Assembly (NCBI GenBank): GCA_963724515.1
Contig: CAVRUU010000003.1
Location: 315,319-379,318 of the forward strand
Source of the DNA: Candidatus Eiseniibacteriota bacterium
GTDB taxonomy: Bacteria; Eisenbacteria; RBG-16-71-46; SZUA-252
DNA length: 64,000 nt
Direction: 5' to 3'
The position numbers and the translations under genes were made by a program. Every line of letters begins with the position of its first letter. The first letter of the stretch is position 1. The notes beneath the pieces are model-generated. The model was not told the DNA's origin. It worked only from the letters and a program-made list of their open reading frames with translations, and made no database searches. This document shows, in pieces, positions 1 to 9,928 of this stretch.

Positions 1-2912
1 CCGGGCGTGACACTGAAGCTGGGCGCCGCCGTCGCCGTGCCGGTCACCGGGACCGTCATCACGGGAGTGTCCGGGTCGTTGCTCGTGATCGAGAGGGTCG
101 CATTGGCCGTCGACGGAGTCGTCGGATGATAGGTTACCGTCACCGCCATCGCCGAGAGCGGCGTGAGCGTGAAGGAGACCGGGCTCACGGTCACGGTGGG
201 ATCATCGCTCGAGATCCCCGAGACGACGAGGTTGTCGGTGCCCGGGTTCACGACCGCCAGCGCGCGGGTCGGAGCCGCGCCCGCGAAGATCGAGCCGAAG
301 TCGATCGCGGCCGGGTCCGCGGAGATGTCGGGAGCCCCGATCACCTGGAGGTGTGCCGGCAGGGCGACGTCGCTCTCGTCCGGATCGTTGCTCGCCACGT
401 GGAGCGTTCCTTCGAACGCCCCGGCCGCGAGACCGAGCGCATTGAATCGCACGTCGACGTTCCGGCTCTGTCCCGCGGGAACGCGACCGCTCGAGGGGGA
501 CACGGTCAACCACTGCGCGAGCGGCACGATCCGGACCGCGAGGTTGTCGCGCAGGTAGGTCGTGTTGAAGGCGACCGTCAGCCCGACCGACTTCGATCCG
601 TTCTGGGTGCCGACCGTGGCGCTGTTCGTGATCGAGCCGAGCACCCGGTACTGGAACCGGATCTCTCCGGTCGGATAGAGGATCGCCTGGAACGTGTAGG
701 GCCCGCCGCTCTGGAAGTGCGACACCCCCACCCACGAGACGATGAAGCGGGCGCCGTCGTTCATGGCGAACACCCGCTGCGACGGCCCGAGATCCATGTC
801 GTCCCACATCGGCGCGACGAGGTTCGCGGGCGCGCCCGCGTTGGGCAGCGCCTGGTTGTCGAACGCGGCGCTCGCATCGGTGAACGAGAGGAACCCGTTC
901 GTGCAGATCCGGACGGAGGAGAACAGCGTCCCGTAGAACGGGAAGGTCATCCCCATCGGCACCGGCTCCGAGATGGCGTCGTCTCCGGCGAGCGGAATCG
1001 GGCTCGTGAGCCCCGTGATGTCCACCCACGAGAATGCCGGTCCTCCCGGCTCGTCGCTGTCCACCCACCGGTATCCGAGGGCGTCCGGACCGCCCCTCGA
1101 CTCGGTCACCGGAGGACCGGCGCGCGTATCCGCCTGGAGCTTGTCGTAGGGCTGGTACGGGTTGCTCGGAGCCGAGAAGAGGAGATTGGGAGTCGGAATC
1201 GTGAAGTCGAGCGTGCCCGCGCCGTCGTTCCGTAGCGTGAGCGTCTGGATCCGGCTCGCGCCCGTCAAGAGGTCCGCCGAGAAGCTCCCCGGCGAGGCCG
1301 TGATATCGGGCGCGCCTAGCGTCGTGCCGGAGGCCACGTTCGAGAGCGGCCCGGCATTGTTGAACTCGTCGAACGCCTTGATCGCGAAGTAATAGCCCGT
1401 CGAGAAGGAAAGCCCGGCCACGTCGAAGGACTCCGCGGCCCCTGTAGGAAGCGGGTCGGGGCCCGGGGCAACCGTCGCCGCGCCCCAGTTCGAGTCGTTG
1501 ATCGGCGCGGACGAATACCGGATCTCGTAGCGGGAGGCGCGCCCGGTCGACCCGTCGTCTCCCGTCGCGGTCCAGCGGAGTCCCATCGTGGTCGATCCCG
1601 GATCGGTCGTGGCCAGGTCGCCGATCGCTCCGGGCGGAGTGTCGTCCGGCTCGGCGATCGCCAGGAACGCGTTCAGCCTTCCCCCCGTGACGCATTTCCC
1701 CGCGAGCGCCGCCTTCACGTCGGCCGCGGCCAGGAGGAGGTTCTTTACTTGGAGGTTCGTGATCGCCGGAAGGCGGCCCCACGTGAGCGCCGCGACGCCC
1801 GAGACCTGCGGCGTCGCCATCGAGGTCCCCGAAAGCGTCCCGTAGCCGTTCCCCGGCAACGTCGAGAGAATGTTGACCCCCGGAGCCGCGATGTCCACGG
1901 TCGTGGCTCCGAAGTTCGAGAAGGAAGCCAGGTTGTCGTTATGGTCGGTGGCCGCGACCGAGATGATGTAGGGGGAGTCGTAGGCCGCCGGATACTGCGG
2001 GGTCACGTCGGTGTCGGTGGAGGCGTTTCCAGCCGCCGCGATGAAGAGCTGCCCGGCGGCGCCGGCGGCGTTGATCGCGTCGAGCAGCGCCTGTGAGAAG
2101 TCCCCACCGCCCCAGGAGTTGCTCGTGAGACGCACGCCCACCGCGATCCCGTACTGGAGGGCGGCGATGGCACCGGCCGTGGTTCCGCTTCCACCCCCGT
2201 TCAGAAACTTGATGCCTACAACCTTGGCTCGCCAGTCCACGCCCACGATGCCGGTGTTGTTGTCCCCCACCGCGGCGATCGTGCCCGAGACGTGGGTGCC
2301 GTGGCCGTTGTCGTCGAACGGATCGCCGTCGTTGTTCGCGAAGTCGTAGCCGTGGACGTCGTCCACGTATCCGTTGTCGTCATCGTCGATGTCGTTGCCG
2401 GGAATCTCTCCCGGGTTCGTCCAGACGTTGGCCGCAAGGTCCGGGTGGTTGTAGTCCACCCCGGTATCGATCACGCCGATCATCAGGGTTGGATCGCCGG
2501 TGAAGAGGTCCCAGGCCTCCGTCGCCTTGATGTCCGCTCCGGCGGTTCCACCCGTCTGGCCGGTGTTGTGCAGTCCGTACAGCTCCGGGAACCGAGGATC
2601 GTTCGGGGCGACATCGATCCGGATTTCGTAGTTGGGTTCGGCGTAGAGCACGTTCGGGTCCTTGCGCAGCCGCTCGATCGCCTGCTCGGTCGTCATGCCG
2701 CTGACCACCTGGTGCTCCGCGTTGATGAAGCCGAACTGGCGCTTGAGCTGCGCCCTCGCGGTGGCGCGCGCAGCCGCCTTCTGGGCACGCGAGGCCGTCT
2801 TCCTGTATTTCACGATGATCTCGCCGGGGATCGACCTTATCTGCGGCGCGGCGATTGCGGATGAGGGGAGGAGAACGACGAAGAGAACGGCGAGCGTTGC
2901 TACGGTTCGCAT
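1..2912 (-). CDS. Secreted S8 (subtilisin-like) serine peptidase with FN3-like and Ig-like C-terminal domains; 3' end outside window
   Basis: Not in the ORF track because it is open-ended. Hand translation from ATG 2912 gives MRTVATLAVLFVVLLPSSAIA (signal peptide), a propeptide (YAEPNY), the catalytic motifs VIDTGVD, NGHGTHVSGTI and SGTSMATP, and the oxyanion AAAGN. These are followed by an FN3-like 'LRWTATGDDG...YYFAIKAFDE' segment and 'ITSNDPD' Ig-like repeats. Confidence 0.92.
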   Translation of the reverse strand, partial: MRTVATLAVLFVVLLPSSAIAAPQIRSIPGEIIVKYRKTASRAQKAAARATARAQLKRQFGFINAEHQVVSGMTTEQAIERLRKDPNVLYAEPNYEIRIDVAPNDPRFPELYGLHNTGQTGGTAGADIKATEAWDLFTGDPTLMIGVIDTGVDYNHPDLAANVWTNPGEIPGNDIDDDDNGYVDDVHGYDFANNDGDPFDDNGHGTHVSGTIAAVGDNNTGIVGVDWRAKVVGIKFLNGGGSGTTAGAIAALQYGIAVGVRLTSNSWGGGDFSQALLDAINAAGAAGQLFIAAAGNASTDTDVTPQYPAAYDSPYIISVAATDHNDNLASFSNFGATTVDIAAPGVNILSTLPGNGYGTLSGTSMATPQVSGVAALTWGRLPAITNLQVKNLLLAAADVKAALAGKCVTGGRLNAFLAIAEPDDTPPGAIGDLATTDPGSTTMGLRWTATGDDGSTGRASRYEIRYSSAPINDSNWGAATVAPGPDPLPTGAAESFDVAGLSFSTGYYFAIKAFDEFNNAGPLSNVASGTTLGAPDITASPGSFSADLLTGASRIQTLTLRNDGAGTLDFTIPTPNLLFSAPSNPYQPYDKLQADTRAGPPVTESRGGPDALGYRWVDSDEPGGPAFSWVDITGLTSPIPLAGDDAISEPVPMGMTFPFYGTLFSSVRICTNGFLSFTDASAAFDNQALPNAGAPANLVAPMWDDMDLGPSQRVFAMNDGARFIVSWVGVSHFQSGGPYTFQAILYPTGEIRFQYRVLGSITNSATVGTQNGSKSVGLTVAFNTTYLRDNLAVRIVPLAQWLTVSPSSGRVPAGQSRNVDVRFNALGLAAGAFEGTLHVASNDPDESDVALPAHLQVIGAPDISADPAAIDFGSIFAGAAPTRALAVVNPGTDNLVVSGISSDDPTVTVSPVSFTLTPLSAMAVTVTYHPTTPSTANATLSITSNDPDTPVMTVPVTGTATAAPSFSVTP

Positions 2913-2939
2913 GTGAGCGGCGTGCACTCGAACCTCCCG

Positions 2940-3173
2940 TCAGCTCCGGACCGCGTCCCTCGCGCGCTTGAGGACGTTCCATGGATTCGGGTACCAGAAC
3001 CGGCTGGAGCGCACGACCTCACGCCCATCGACCCACACGGAGAGCTCACCCAAGTCGCCGCGCTCCACGGTCACCTCGACGCCGGGCTCCTTCCGCATGG
3101 CGGCGGCCACACGGGCCGCGATGGCGGACTTGACCAGTCAGACGGCGCAGTGCCGGACGAGCACCCGTTTCAT
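2940..3173 (-). CDS. Rdx (SelW/SelT/SelH-like) family selenoprotein, CxxU motif, 77 aa
   Basis: ATG 3173 overlaps the upstream stop (ATGA) and has GGAGGAAGG upstream. It reads MKRVLVRHCAV-[TGA 3138-3140]-LVKSAIAARVAAAMRKEPGVEVTVERGDLGELSVWVDGREVVRSSRFWYPNPWNVLKRARDAVRS*, matching the Rdx pattern (CxxU ... G-x-F/L-x-V-x-V-D-G ... P). A hairpin follows the UGA. Confidence 0.85.
3092..3128 (-). promoter_or_regulatory. Putative bacterial SECIS element of the Rdx gene
   Basis: mRNA after the UGA: CUGGUCAAG-UCCGC-CAUC-GCGGCC-CGUGU-GGCCGC-CGCCAU-GCGGA. It forms a 6-bp upper stem, a G/U-containing loop starting 24 nt after the UGA, and a lower stem UCCGC/GCGGA. Confidence 0.7.
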
Positions 3174-4060
3174 GGGCGTCCTTCCTCCGCTCGGCCACGC
3201 ATCTCCTCGATCGCGACCCGGAATCGCATCGACTCGACCCCCGCCTTCCCCCCGCGCGCGCCAGGATCCGGGGTCAGATCCTCCACGGTGAGCGTGCCCC
3301 AGCCGCCTTTCGGTTCGCTCTCGACCCCGTGGCCGTGGTCGTCCGGCGCTTCCTCCTTCGCGGGGAGATCCTTCCCGACCTCGCGCGAGAAGACGAAATC
3401 GCGGTTCTTCCGCGGCGCGTCCGGGTCCGGCACGAGCAGGGAGGGTGTGAGACGGGCGAGATTCTCCCCGGGCCGGGTCGTATCGCCGACCACGACTTCC
3501 CAACCGTGAGCGAGAGGTCGGAGCTCGAATCGCAGCCCGTCCCAGAGGTCGCGGCGGAAGGGCTCGCCCCGCTTCACGGCCGCGCCGAACGAGGCGGACC
3601 GGCCACGGACGAACAAGTGCTCGGGACACGCGTTGCACGGCTCGCCTACCAGATGCAGCGAGTCCGGCCCTTCGAAACCGGCGAACATCCGGTGCTCGTA
3701 GGACTCGAACCAGTTCTCGAAATCGAGGAAGCTCACCGCCACGCCGCCGGTCACGGTCTGCTCGGAGTACGAGAATCGCCCCTCGCAGAGCACGCTGTCG
3801 CGCGTACCGCGGCGCTGGTGGTACTCGTAGGTCAGGTCGGGATTCAGGATGAGGGTTCTCGAAGCCCCCTTCGTCTGGGGAGTGGAAACGACCACCATAC
3901 CCTCGCTGGAGCGCCACAGCCACGTGCCCAGGAACAGGCCCATGTCCGGCACCTGGAACTCGCTCTCGGGTTCGGAGCCTGGAGCGGAGCCCGGCCCAAA
4001 CGCCAGGAGGGCGAGGAAGCACACGCGCATCGCTGGAAGGTTCAGAGGGAAGAGACGCAT
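3170..4060 (-). CDS. Hypothetical exported protein with a CxxC motif (possible lipocalin-like N-domain)
   Basis: 296-aa ORF with a hydrophobic N-terminus (MRVCFLALLAF; start may be 4030), 'LGTWLW...NPDLTY' and PCNACP. It fills the gap between neighbours and its stop overlaps the Rdx start. Confidence 0.6.
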   Translation of the reverse strand: MRLFPLNLPAMRVCFLALLAFGPGSAPGSEPESEFQVPDMGLFLGTWLWRSSEGMVVVSTPQTKGASRTLILNPDLTYEYHQRRGTRDSVLCEGRFSYSEQTVTGGVAVSFLDFENWFESYEHRMFAGFEGPDSLHLVGEPCNACPEHLFVRGRSASFGAAVKRGEPFRRDLWDGLRFELRPLAHGWEVVVGDTTRPGENLARLTPSLLVPDPDAPRKNRDFVFSREVGKDLPAKEEAPDDHGHGVESEPKGGWGTLTVEDLTPDPGARGGKAGVESMRFRVAIEEMRGRAEEGRP

Positions 4061-4110
4061 GGGATGGGCTTTAGCCTACCTGTATTTTACTCCACCGGCG
4101 TGCTCCGCGA

Positions 4111-5217
4111 CTAGGCGCTTGCGATGAGAGAGCGGTCGATGGCTCCGAGGTCGGGGCAGCCGCAGAGGGCCATCGCGAGGGTCAGCTCCTGCCGGAACAT
4201 CGCGAGCACGCGGCCGACGCCTTCTTCTCCCGCGGCGGCGAGTCCCCAGAGGCAGGGGCGGCCGACCAGCACGGCGCGGGCTCCCAGCGCGAGTGCCTTG
4301 AGCACGTCGATGCCGCGCCGTACCCCGCCGTCCATGAACACCTCGGCGCGGCCCGCCACCGCGTCCACCACCCGCGGAAGGGCCCTGAGCGTGGCCTCCG
4401 TCCCGTCGAGCTGCCTCCCGCCGTGGTTCGACACGATGATGCCGTCCACGCCGCGTTCCGCGGCGAGCACCGCGTCCTCCGCCGCGATGATTCCCTTGAG
4501 GAGAATCGGGAGCTTGGTCTCGCCGCGAAGCCACTCGACCGCGTCCCAAGTGAGCGAACAGTCGAGCTGGCTGCGCACGTAGGAGTGGAAGCTCTCCCCG
4601 AGCGTCGCCACGCCGAGGCCCGCCTCATCGAAATTCGGCATGCGGATGCCCGGCGGCAGCGTGAACTTGTTCCGGAGATCCCGCTCGCGGCTTCCGAGGA
4701 ACGGCGTATCCACGGTGAGGCAGAGCGCGCGGTAGCCCGCCTTCTCCGCCCGCTGGATCAGATTCCTCGCGAGGGAGCGGTCCTTGTACACGTAGAGCTG
4801 GTACCAGAGCGCCCCCGTGGCGGCTCGCGAGATCTCCTCGAGCGTGTACGTCGCGATGGTGCTCGCCACCATGACCGTCCGCGCGGCGCCGGCTGCCCGC
4901 GCGGTAGCCAGCTCTCCGTCCGGATGGGCGAGTCGGTGAAACGCGGTCGGCGCGATCAGGACGGGCATCGACACGGGCGATCCGAGGACGGACCCGGACG
5001 TCTCGATGCGGGTCACGTCCACGAGCACGCGGGGCCTCAGAAACACCTCGGCGAATGCCCCTCGATTGGCCGCGAGCGTGATCTCGTCCTCCGCTCCGCC
5101 CGCGTAATAGTCGTAGAAGGCCCGCTCCATTCGATCCCGGGCCACGCCCTCGACATCCAGGACATTGACGCAAGAGTCGATGGGGGAGGCGGCGCGCTTC
5201 TTTCGGGGGCGACTCAT
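4111..5217 (-). CDS. FMN-dependent alpha-hydroxy acid oxidase/dehydrogenase (glycolate oxidase/LldD family)
   Basis: Motifs [38 protein letters not shown] and VGRP. Confidence 0.95.
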   Translation of the reverse strand: MSRPRKKRAASPIDSCVNVLDVEGVARDRMERAFYDYYAGGAEDEITLAANRGAFAEVFLRPRVLVDVTRIETSGSVLGSPVSMPVLIAPTAFHRLAHPDGELATARAAGAARTVMVASTIATYTLEEISRAATGALWYQLYVYKDRSLARNLIQRAEKAGYRALCLTVDTPFLGSRERDLRNKFTLPPGIRMPNFDEAGLGVATLGESFHSYVRSQLDCSLTWDAVEWLRGETKLPILLKGIIAAEDAVLAAERGVDGIIVSNHGGRQLDGTEATLRALPRVVDAVAGRAEVFMDGGVRRGIDVLKALALGARAVLVGRPCLWGLAAAGEEGVGRVLAMFRQELTLAMALCGCPDLGAIDRSLIASA

Positions 5218-6326
5218 TCTCCCATCGCTTCCTCGATCACCCCGCCGGCCACGACGCGATCCCCCTCGTAGAGGACGAGGGACTGTCCGGGCGTCATGGC
5301 GCGCTGGGGGTCGACGAAGGCGACTTCCGCCTTGCCGCCGTCACCCGGCGTGAGGAGCGCCGGGGCCGGAGCATGGAGGTATCGGATCTTGCCGTGAAGC
5401 GCGCGGGGCCCGTCGGGGCGCTCGCCGGCCGTGTAGTTCACCCTCGCGATCCTGGCCCGGCGCTTGAGCAGCGCCTCTTCCCGGTCCACCGTCACGGTGC
5501 CGGTCGCCGCGTCGATCGCGCTCACGTAGACTCTCGAGCCGGTGGCGATGTTGAGGCCGCGGCGCTGCCCGATCGTGAAGGAGTGGACCCCCTCGTGCCT
5601 CCCGAGCGCCTTGCCGGCGGCGTCCTTCACTTCCCCGCGCTTCGACTCCTCCAGCCGCTCCGGAAATCGCTGCTTCAAGAATTCGAGGTAGGTCTTCCCC
5701 TCCACGAAGCAGATGTCCTGGCTCTCCCGCTTGTCCGCCACCGGAAGACCAAGGGAACGTGCCTTCTCGCGCACCTCCGTCTTGGTGAGGTGCCCCAGCG
5801 GAAAGAGGGAGCGGCGAATCGTGGCCTGCGTGAGCCCCCACAGCACGTAGGACTGGTCCTTCGCTTGATCCTGGGCGCGTTCGAGGGTCGCCCGACCCGC
5901 CTCGTCGAAGCCGCGCCGCGCGTAGTGCCCCGTCGCGACGTAGTCGCAGCCGAAGCTCTCCGCGCGCCGCATCAGCTCGCCGAACTTGAGCCAGTTGTTG
6001 CACTGGACGCAGGGATTCGGCGTGCGGCCCGAGAGGTACTCGCCCACGAAATCCTCGATCACGTGCTCCCGGAAATCCTCTTCGAGGTTCAAGACGTAGT
6101 GTGCGAATTGCATGCGGCGCGCTACCGCGCGCGCGTCGTCGATCGCCTCGAGCGTGCAGCACCCGCGGCTCGGGCTATCGCCCTCGGCGTAGCACCAGAG
6201 CTTCATGGTCACGCCGATCACGGTGTGCCCGCGCTCCACGAGCAGTGCCGCCGCCACGGCGGAATCGACGCCGCCGCTCATGGCGACCAGGATGGTCGAG
6301 GGTTGTTCCGGAATGAAGTTGGTCAC
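5214..6326 (-). CDS. mnmA: tRNA 2-thiouridine(34) synthase MnmA
   Basis: SGGVDS PP-loop, [33 protein letters not shown] and TPGQ. Confidence 0.97.
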   Translation of the reverse strand: MTNFIPEQPSTILVAMSGGVDSAVAAALLVERGHTVIGVTMKLWCYAEGDSPSRGCCTLEAIDDARAVARRMQFAHYVLNLEEDFREHVIEDFVGEYLSGRTPNPCVQCNNWLKFGELMRRAESFGCDYVATGHYARRGFDEAGRATLERAQDQAKDQSYVLWGLTQATIRRSLFPLGHLTKTEVREKARSLGLPVADKRESQDICFVEGKTYLEFLKQRFPERLEESKRGEVKDAAGKALGRHEGVHSFTIGQRRGLNIATGSRVYVSAIDAATGTVTVDREEALLKRRARIARVNYTAGERPDGPRALHGKIRYLHAPAPALLTPGDGGKAEVAFVDPQRAMTPGQSLVLYEGDRVVAGGVIEEAMGE

Positions 6327-6334
6327 GGGAGTTC

Positions 6335-7495
6335 CTAGGAAGCGGCTGCTGGCGAGGCTGCGCGAAGCTTGGACACGATGGCGGGGAGGATTTCCAGCAC
6401 TCGATCGACCTCCTGCTCGCTGCTACATCGGCCGAGGCTGAAGCGGACCGCGGACTGTGCGATCTCCCTCGGCACTCCCATCGCCAGGAGCACGTGCGAC
6501 GGATGCGACGAGCCCGCCTTGCAGGCGGCGCCGCTGGAGACGGCGATGCCCTTCATGTCGAGCGACAGGATCAGATGCTCCCCCTCCGCGCCGGTGAACG
6601 AGAGATGCGCGGTGTTCGGCACGCGCTGCGCCCCGTCGCCGTGCCGGACCACGTTGGGGATGCGCTCCATGAGGACCGCCTCGAGGCGGTCTCTGAGGCG
6701 CGCGATTCTCGGAGCACTATCCTCGAGCTCCCGTGCGGCAAGCTCTGAAGCCTTCCCGAGGCCCACGATCGCGGGCACGTTCTCCGTGCCGGGCCGCCTT
6801 CCCTTCTCGTGCTCTCCACCGAACTGGAGCGGCACGGGCTTGAAGCCGCGCTTCACGTAGAGCGCGCCGACTCCCTTCGGGGCGTAGAACTTGTGCCCGG
6901 CGATGGTCGCCAGGGTTGCGTTCCAGGCCCGGACGTCGATCGGGACCTTGCCCGCGGCCTGCACCGCGTCCACGTGGAAGGCGACGCCGCGCGCGGCGCA
7001 GACCGCTCCGATCTCGGCGACAGGCTGAACGACGCCGGTCTCGTTGTTGGCGGCCATGACCGACACCAGCGCCGTGTCGGTCCGGATCGCGTCCGCGATC
7101 GAATCCGGGTGCACCACGCCGCGGGCGTCGGGCGCGACGCGGGTCACCGCGTAGCCCTCGCGCTCCAGGGCGTCGGCCGCGTGGCGCACCGCGTCGTGCT
7201 CGATCGAGCTCACGATCACGTGGCGCCCCTTGAACGGCAGCGCGCGCGCGCCGCCCACGACGCCCAGATTGTCCGACTCGGTGCCCCCGCTCGTGAACAC
7301 GATCTCGCCGGGCGTCGCGTTCAGGAGCGCCGCGACCTGGGCCCTCGCGTCCTCCACCGCCCCCTTCGCCTCCTGGCCGAACGCGTGAACGCTCGAGGCG
7401 TTCCCGAAGTGCTCGGCGAAATAGGGGAGCATCGCCTCCAGGACTTCGGGGCGGACGGGCGTGCTGGCGTTGTGGTCGAAGTAGATGCGGGACAC
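6335..7495 (-). CDS. iscS: Cysteine desulfurase (IscS/NifS family)
   Basis: [39 protein letters not shown] (PLP Lys) and SSGAAC (catalytic Cys); adjacent to mnmA. Confidence 0.95.
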   Translation of the reverse strand: MSRIYFDHNASTPVRPEVLEAMLPYFAEHFGNASSVHAFGQEAKGAVEDARAQVAALLNATPGEIVFTSGGTESDNLGVVGGARALPFKGRHVIVSSIEHDAVRHAADALEREGYAVTRVAPDARGVVHPDSIADAIRTDTALVSVMAANNETGVVQPVAEIGAVCAARGVAFHVDAVQAAGKVPIDVRAWNATLATIAGHKFYAPKGVGALYVKRGFKPVPLQFGGEHEKGRRPGTENVPAIVGLGKASELAARELEDSAPRIARLRDRLEAVLMERIPNVVRHGDGAQRVPNTAHLSFTGAEGEHLILSLDMKGIAVSSGAACKAGSSHPSHVLLAMGVPREIAQSAVRFSLGRCSSEQEVDRVLEILPAIVSKLRAASPAAAS

Positions 7496-7584
7496 GGGTG
7501 GAAACCCTCCGTACCCCCAAGGCTAGCAAAGCAGAGGGGCCGAGCGCAACCTGCGCCCGGCCCCGGATCCAATTTATCTGACTG

Positions 7585-8550
7585 CTACTTGCCGCTCGGC
7601 GTCTCGGTTCCACCCTGGTTCTCGCCGCCGCTCGGGGTCTCCGGCGCGGGCTGGGTGCTCTCTTTCGCCTTCTCGACGGTATCGTGCCCCGGGTGTCCCG
7701 AGGACTCGGCCGCGGGCGCGCTCTCGGCGGGCTTCGATTCCGTCGCCTTCATGTCCATCCCCGCGCCTCCGCCCATGCTCGCCTTGGTCTCGGCCGGCTT
7801 GGATTCCGCCGGCTTCGCCGCCTCGGCCTTCTTCGCGGACTGGCCCATCGCCGCGTACGCGGACCGCGACATGATCTTCACGCCCTTGAGCGTCGTCCAC
7901 TCCATCGGCTTGCTGTTCTCGCCCGGCATCGACGGATTCGGCCCGGTCGGTGAGTTGGCGATCTTGTCCAGCACGTCCATGCCCGCGATCAGGTGACCGA
8001 ACGCCGTGTAGTGGCCATCGAGGTTCGGCGACGTCCCGTGCATGACGAAGAACTGCGAGCCCGCGGAGTTCGCCGTGCCGGTGTTCGCCATCGACAGAAC
8101 GCCCTTCATGTGAGGATGCGAGTTGAATTCGTCCTTGATCGTGTAGCCCGGCCCGCCGGTGCCGAGGTCAGGCGCGTTCGCGTTCTTGGACTTGGGGTCG
8201 CCTCCCTGGATCATGAACCCCTTGATGATCCGGTGAAACCCGGTGCCGTCGAAGTAGCCCTGGCGCGCGAGCTTCTTGAAGTTCTCGACCGTCATCGGCG
8301 CGTCCTTCTCCCAGAACTCGACGACCATGCGTCCCTTCGAGGTCTCCATGATCGCCAGCTCGTCCGCGGATTTCGACATGGGCTTCTTCATCGCGGGCTT
8401 CGCGGCTGTCTTTCCGGCGGCCGCCTTTGCGGCCGGGGCCTTGGTGGCGTCCGGGGCCTTCGCCGCGGGGTCATCCGCGTAGGCCATGCCGGCCACGAGC
8501 AGGCTCAGGGCCGCTCCCAACATCGCACTGCGCACTTTCTTCGAGAACAT
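7585..8550 (-). CDS. Periplasmic cyclophilin-type peptidyl-prolyl cis-trans isomerase
   Basis: Signal peptide from MFSKK at 8550; FHRIIKGFMIQGGDP, GVLSMAN and SAGSQFF; low-complexity flanks. Confidence 0.93.
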   Translation of the reverse strand: MFSKKVRSAMLGAALSLLVAGMAYADDPAAKAPDATKAPAAKAAAGKTAAKPAMKKPMSKSADELAIMETSKGRMVVEFWEKDAPMTVENFKKLARQGYFDGTGFHRIIKGFMIQGGDPKSKNANAPDLGTGGPGYTIKDEFNSHPHMKGVLSMANTGTANSAGSQFFVMHGTSPNLDGHYTAFGHLIAGMDVLDKIANSPTGPNPSMPGENSKPMEWTTLKGVKIMSRSAYAAMGQSAKKAEAAKPAESKPAETKASMGGGAGMDMKATESKPAESAPAAESSGHPGHDTVEKAKESTQPAPETPSGGENQGGTETPSGK

Positions 8551-8592
8551 TCGAATCCTCCCAGGTAGTGGGTTCAGCCCGTGATCGGGCAA

Positions 8593-9873
8593 CTACTTCG
8601 ATTGGAGCAGCCGGACGATGCGACGCTGCCGCTCGAGCTCCCGCTTGGCGGCATCGGTGTACGCGGGGTCTTCCAGAGCCGCCTCGAAGACCGGGATCGC
8701 GTCCTTGTGGCGGCCCAGCTTGTCGAGAGCCTGCGCCCAGCAGAAGTGCAGGCAGGCGCTCGTGCTGTCCGCCGCGAGCCCCTCGCGGGCCATGTTGATC
8801 GCGCTCTCGTAGCGGTTCGCTTCGTAGTAGACATAGGCCATGTTGCAGTAAACCCCCTTGTAGTTCTCCTTGTCCAGTCGAACCACCTCGCGGAATTGCT
8901 CGACGGCCCGGTCCACGCGGTTGGATCTCGCGTAGGCCTGGGCAAGGTAATAGCGATCCACGGTTCCGAGCGAATCGCGGATCGCCTCGTAGTGCCCGAT
9001 CGCGAGCGGGTAACGCTCCAGCTTGAAGTTTACCCACGCGAGCTGCCTTTTCGCCGACAAATCGAGCGGGGCCAGCTGGAGCACCTTGGTATAGGCTGCC
9101 GCCGCCTCCGCATAGAGCCCCGCGCGGATCGCGCAGTTCGCCAGCCCGCGGGTCGCATCCACGTCGCGGGGATTCAGCTCGACCGCCTTGTAGTGGGCGG
9201 ACATGGCCGCGGGACTGTTCCCCTGCCTCGAGTAGAGCTCCCCCAGCCCCTGGTACACACGCGAGAGCCCGGCAGGATCATCCCGCGCGATTCGCATGGA
9301 GCGCAAGCAGATGTCCTCCGCCTCGGAATACTCCCCGATCTCGGTCAGGGATCGCGCAAGCGACAGCCTCGAGTCGAGGTCCCCGGGCGCGAGCGCCATG
9401 GCCTGCCGATAGGCCGCCGCGGCGCGTTCCTCGTCCCCGGTCGCGGCATAGGCGTCTCCCAATGCCTGGAACGCCGAGACGATCTGGCTCGAGACGCGGG
9501 TCGCCCGCTCGAGGAGCGGAACGGCCTCGGAGTACTGGCCGCGCTGGACCGCGACACGACCGAGGCCCGCGACGGCCTCGAGGGATCCTGCGTCCGCCTC
9601 CAGCGCGAGCCGGAACAGACGTTCGGCCTCGTCGAGCTGGCCGCGCTTCATGAGGTCGTTTCCCGCCTCGACGTTGCGCCGCGCCTCCTGCTGCCGTGAG
9701 AGAGCCTTCGGGGCCGTTGGGGACGCATCGGCCGCTGGGGCGCCTGCCGCGGGGACGGCGGACTCCGGCGCCGCGCGCGGGCGTTCGTGCGATGCGCAGC
9801 CCGCCGAGACGAGGAATAGGATGGTCGCGAACGCTTGGGTGCCGCGAGAGGGGTGCGTCAGGTGCGTCAGCAT
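8593..9873 (-). CDS. TPR-repeat lipoprotein
   Basis: AAGGAGG before ATG 9873; hydrophobic stretch ending in the lipobox VSAGC; about 10 TPR-like helical repeats (e.g. LGDAYAATGDEERAAAAYRQA). Confidence 0.85.
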   Translation of the reverse strand: MLTHLTHPSRGTQAFATILFLVSAGCASHERPRAAPESAVPAAGAPAADASPTAPKALSRQQEARRNVEAGNDLMKRGQLDEAERLFRLALEADAGSLEAVAGLGRVAVQRGQYSEAVPLLERATRVSSQIVSAFQALGDAYAATGDEERAAAAYRQAMALAPGDLDSRLSLARSLTEIGEYSEAEDICLRSMRIARDDPAGLSRVYQGLGELYSRQGNSPAAMSAHYKAVELNPRDVDATRGLANCAIRAGLYAEAAAAYTKVLQLAPLDLSAKRQLAWVNFKLERYPLAIGHYEAIRDSLGTVDRYYLAQAYARSNRVDRAVEQFREVVRLDKENYKGVYCNMAYVYYEANRYESAINMAREGLAADSTSACLHFCWAQALDKLGRHKDAIPVFEAALEDPAYTDAAKRELERQRRIVRLLQSK

Positions 9874-9928
9874 GAGTCCGTGCCTCCTTGGGACATGGCG
9901 CGAGCCAGGTTCTCGGGAGCCTCGGGAA

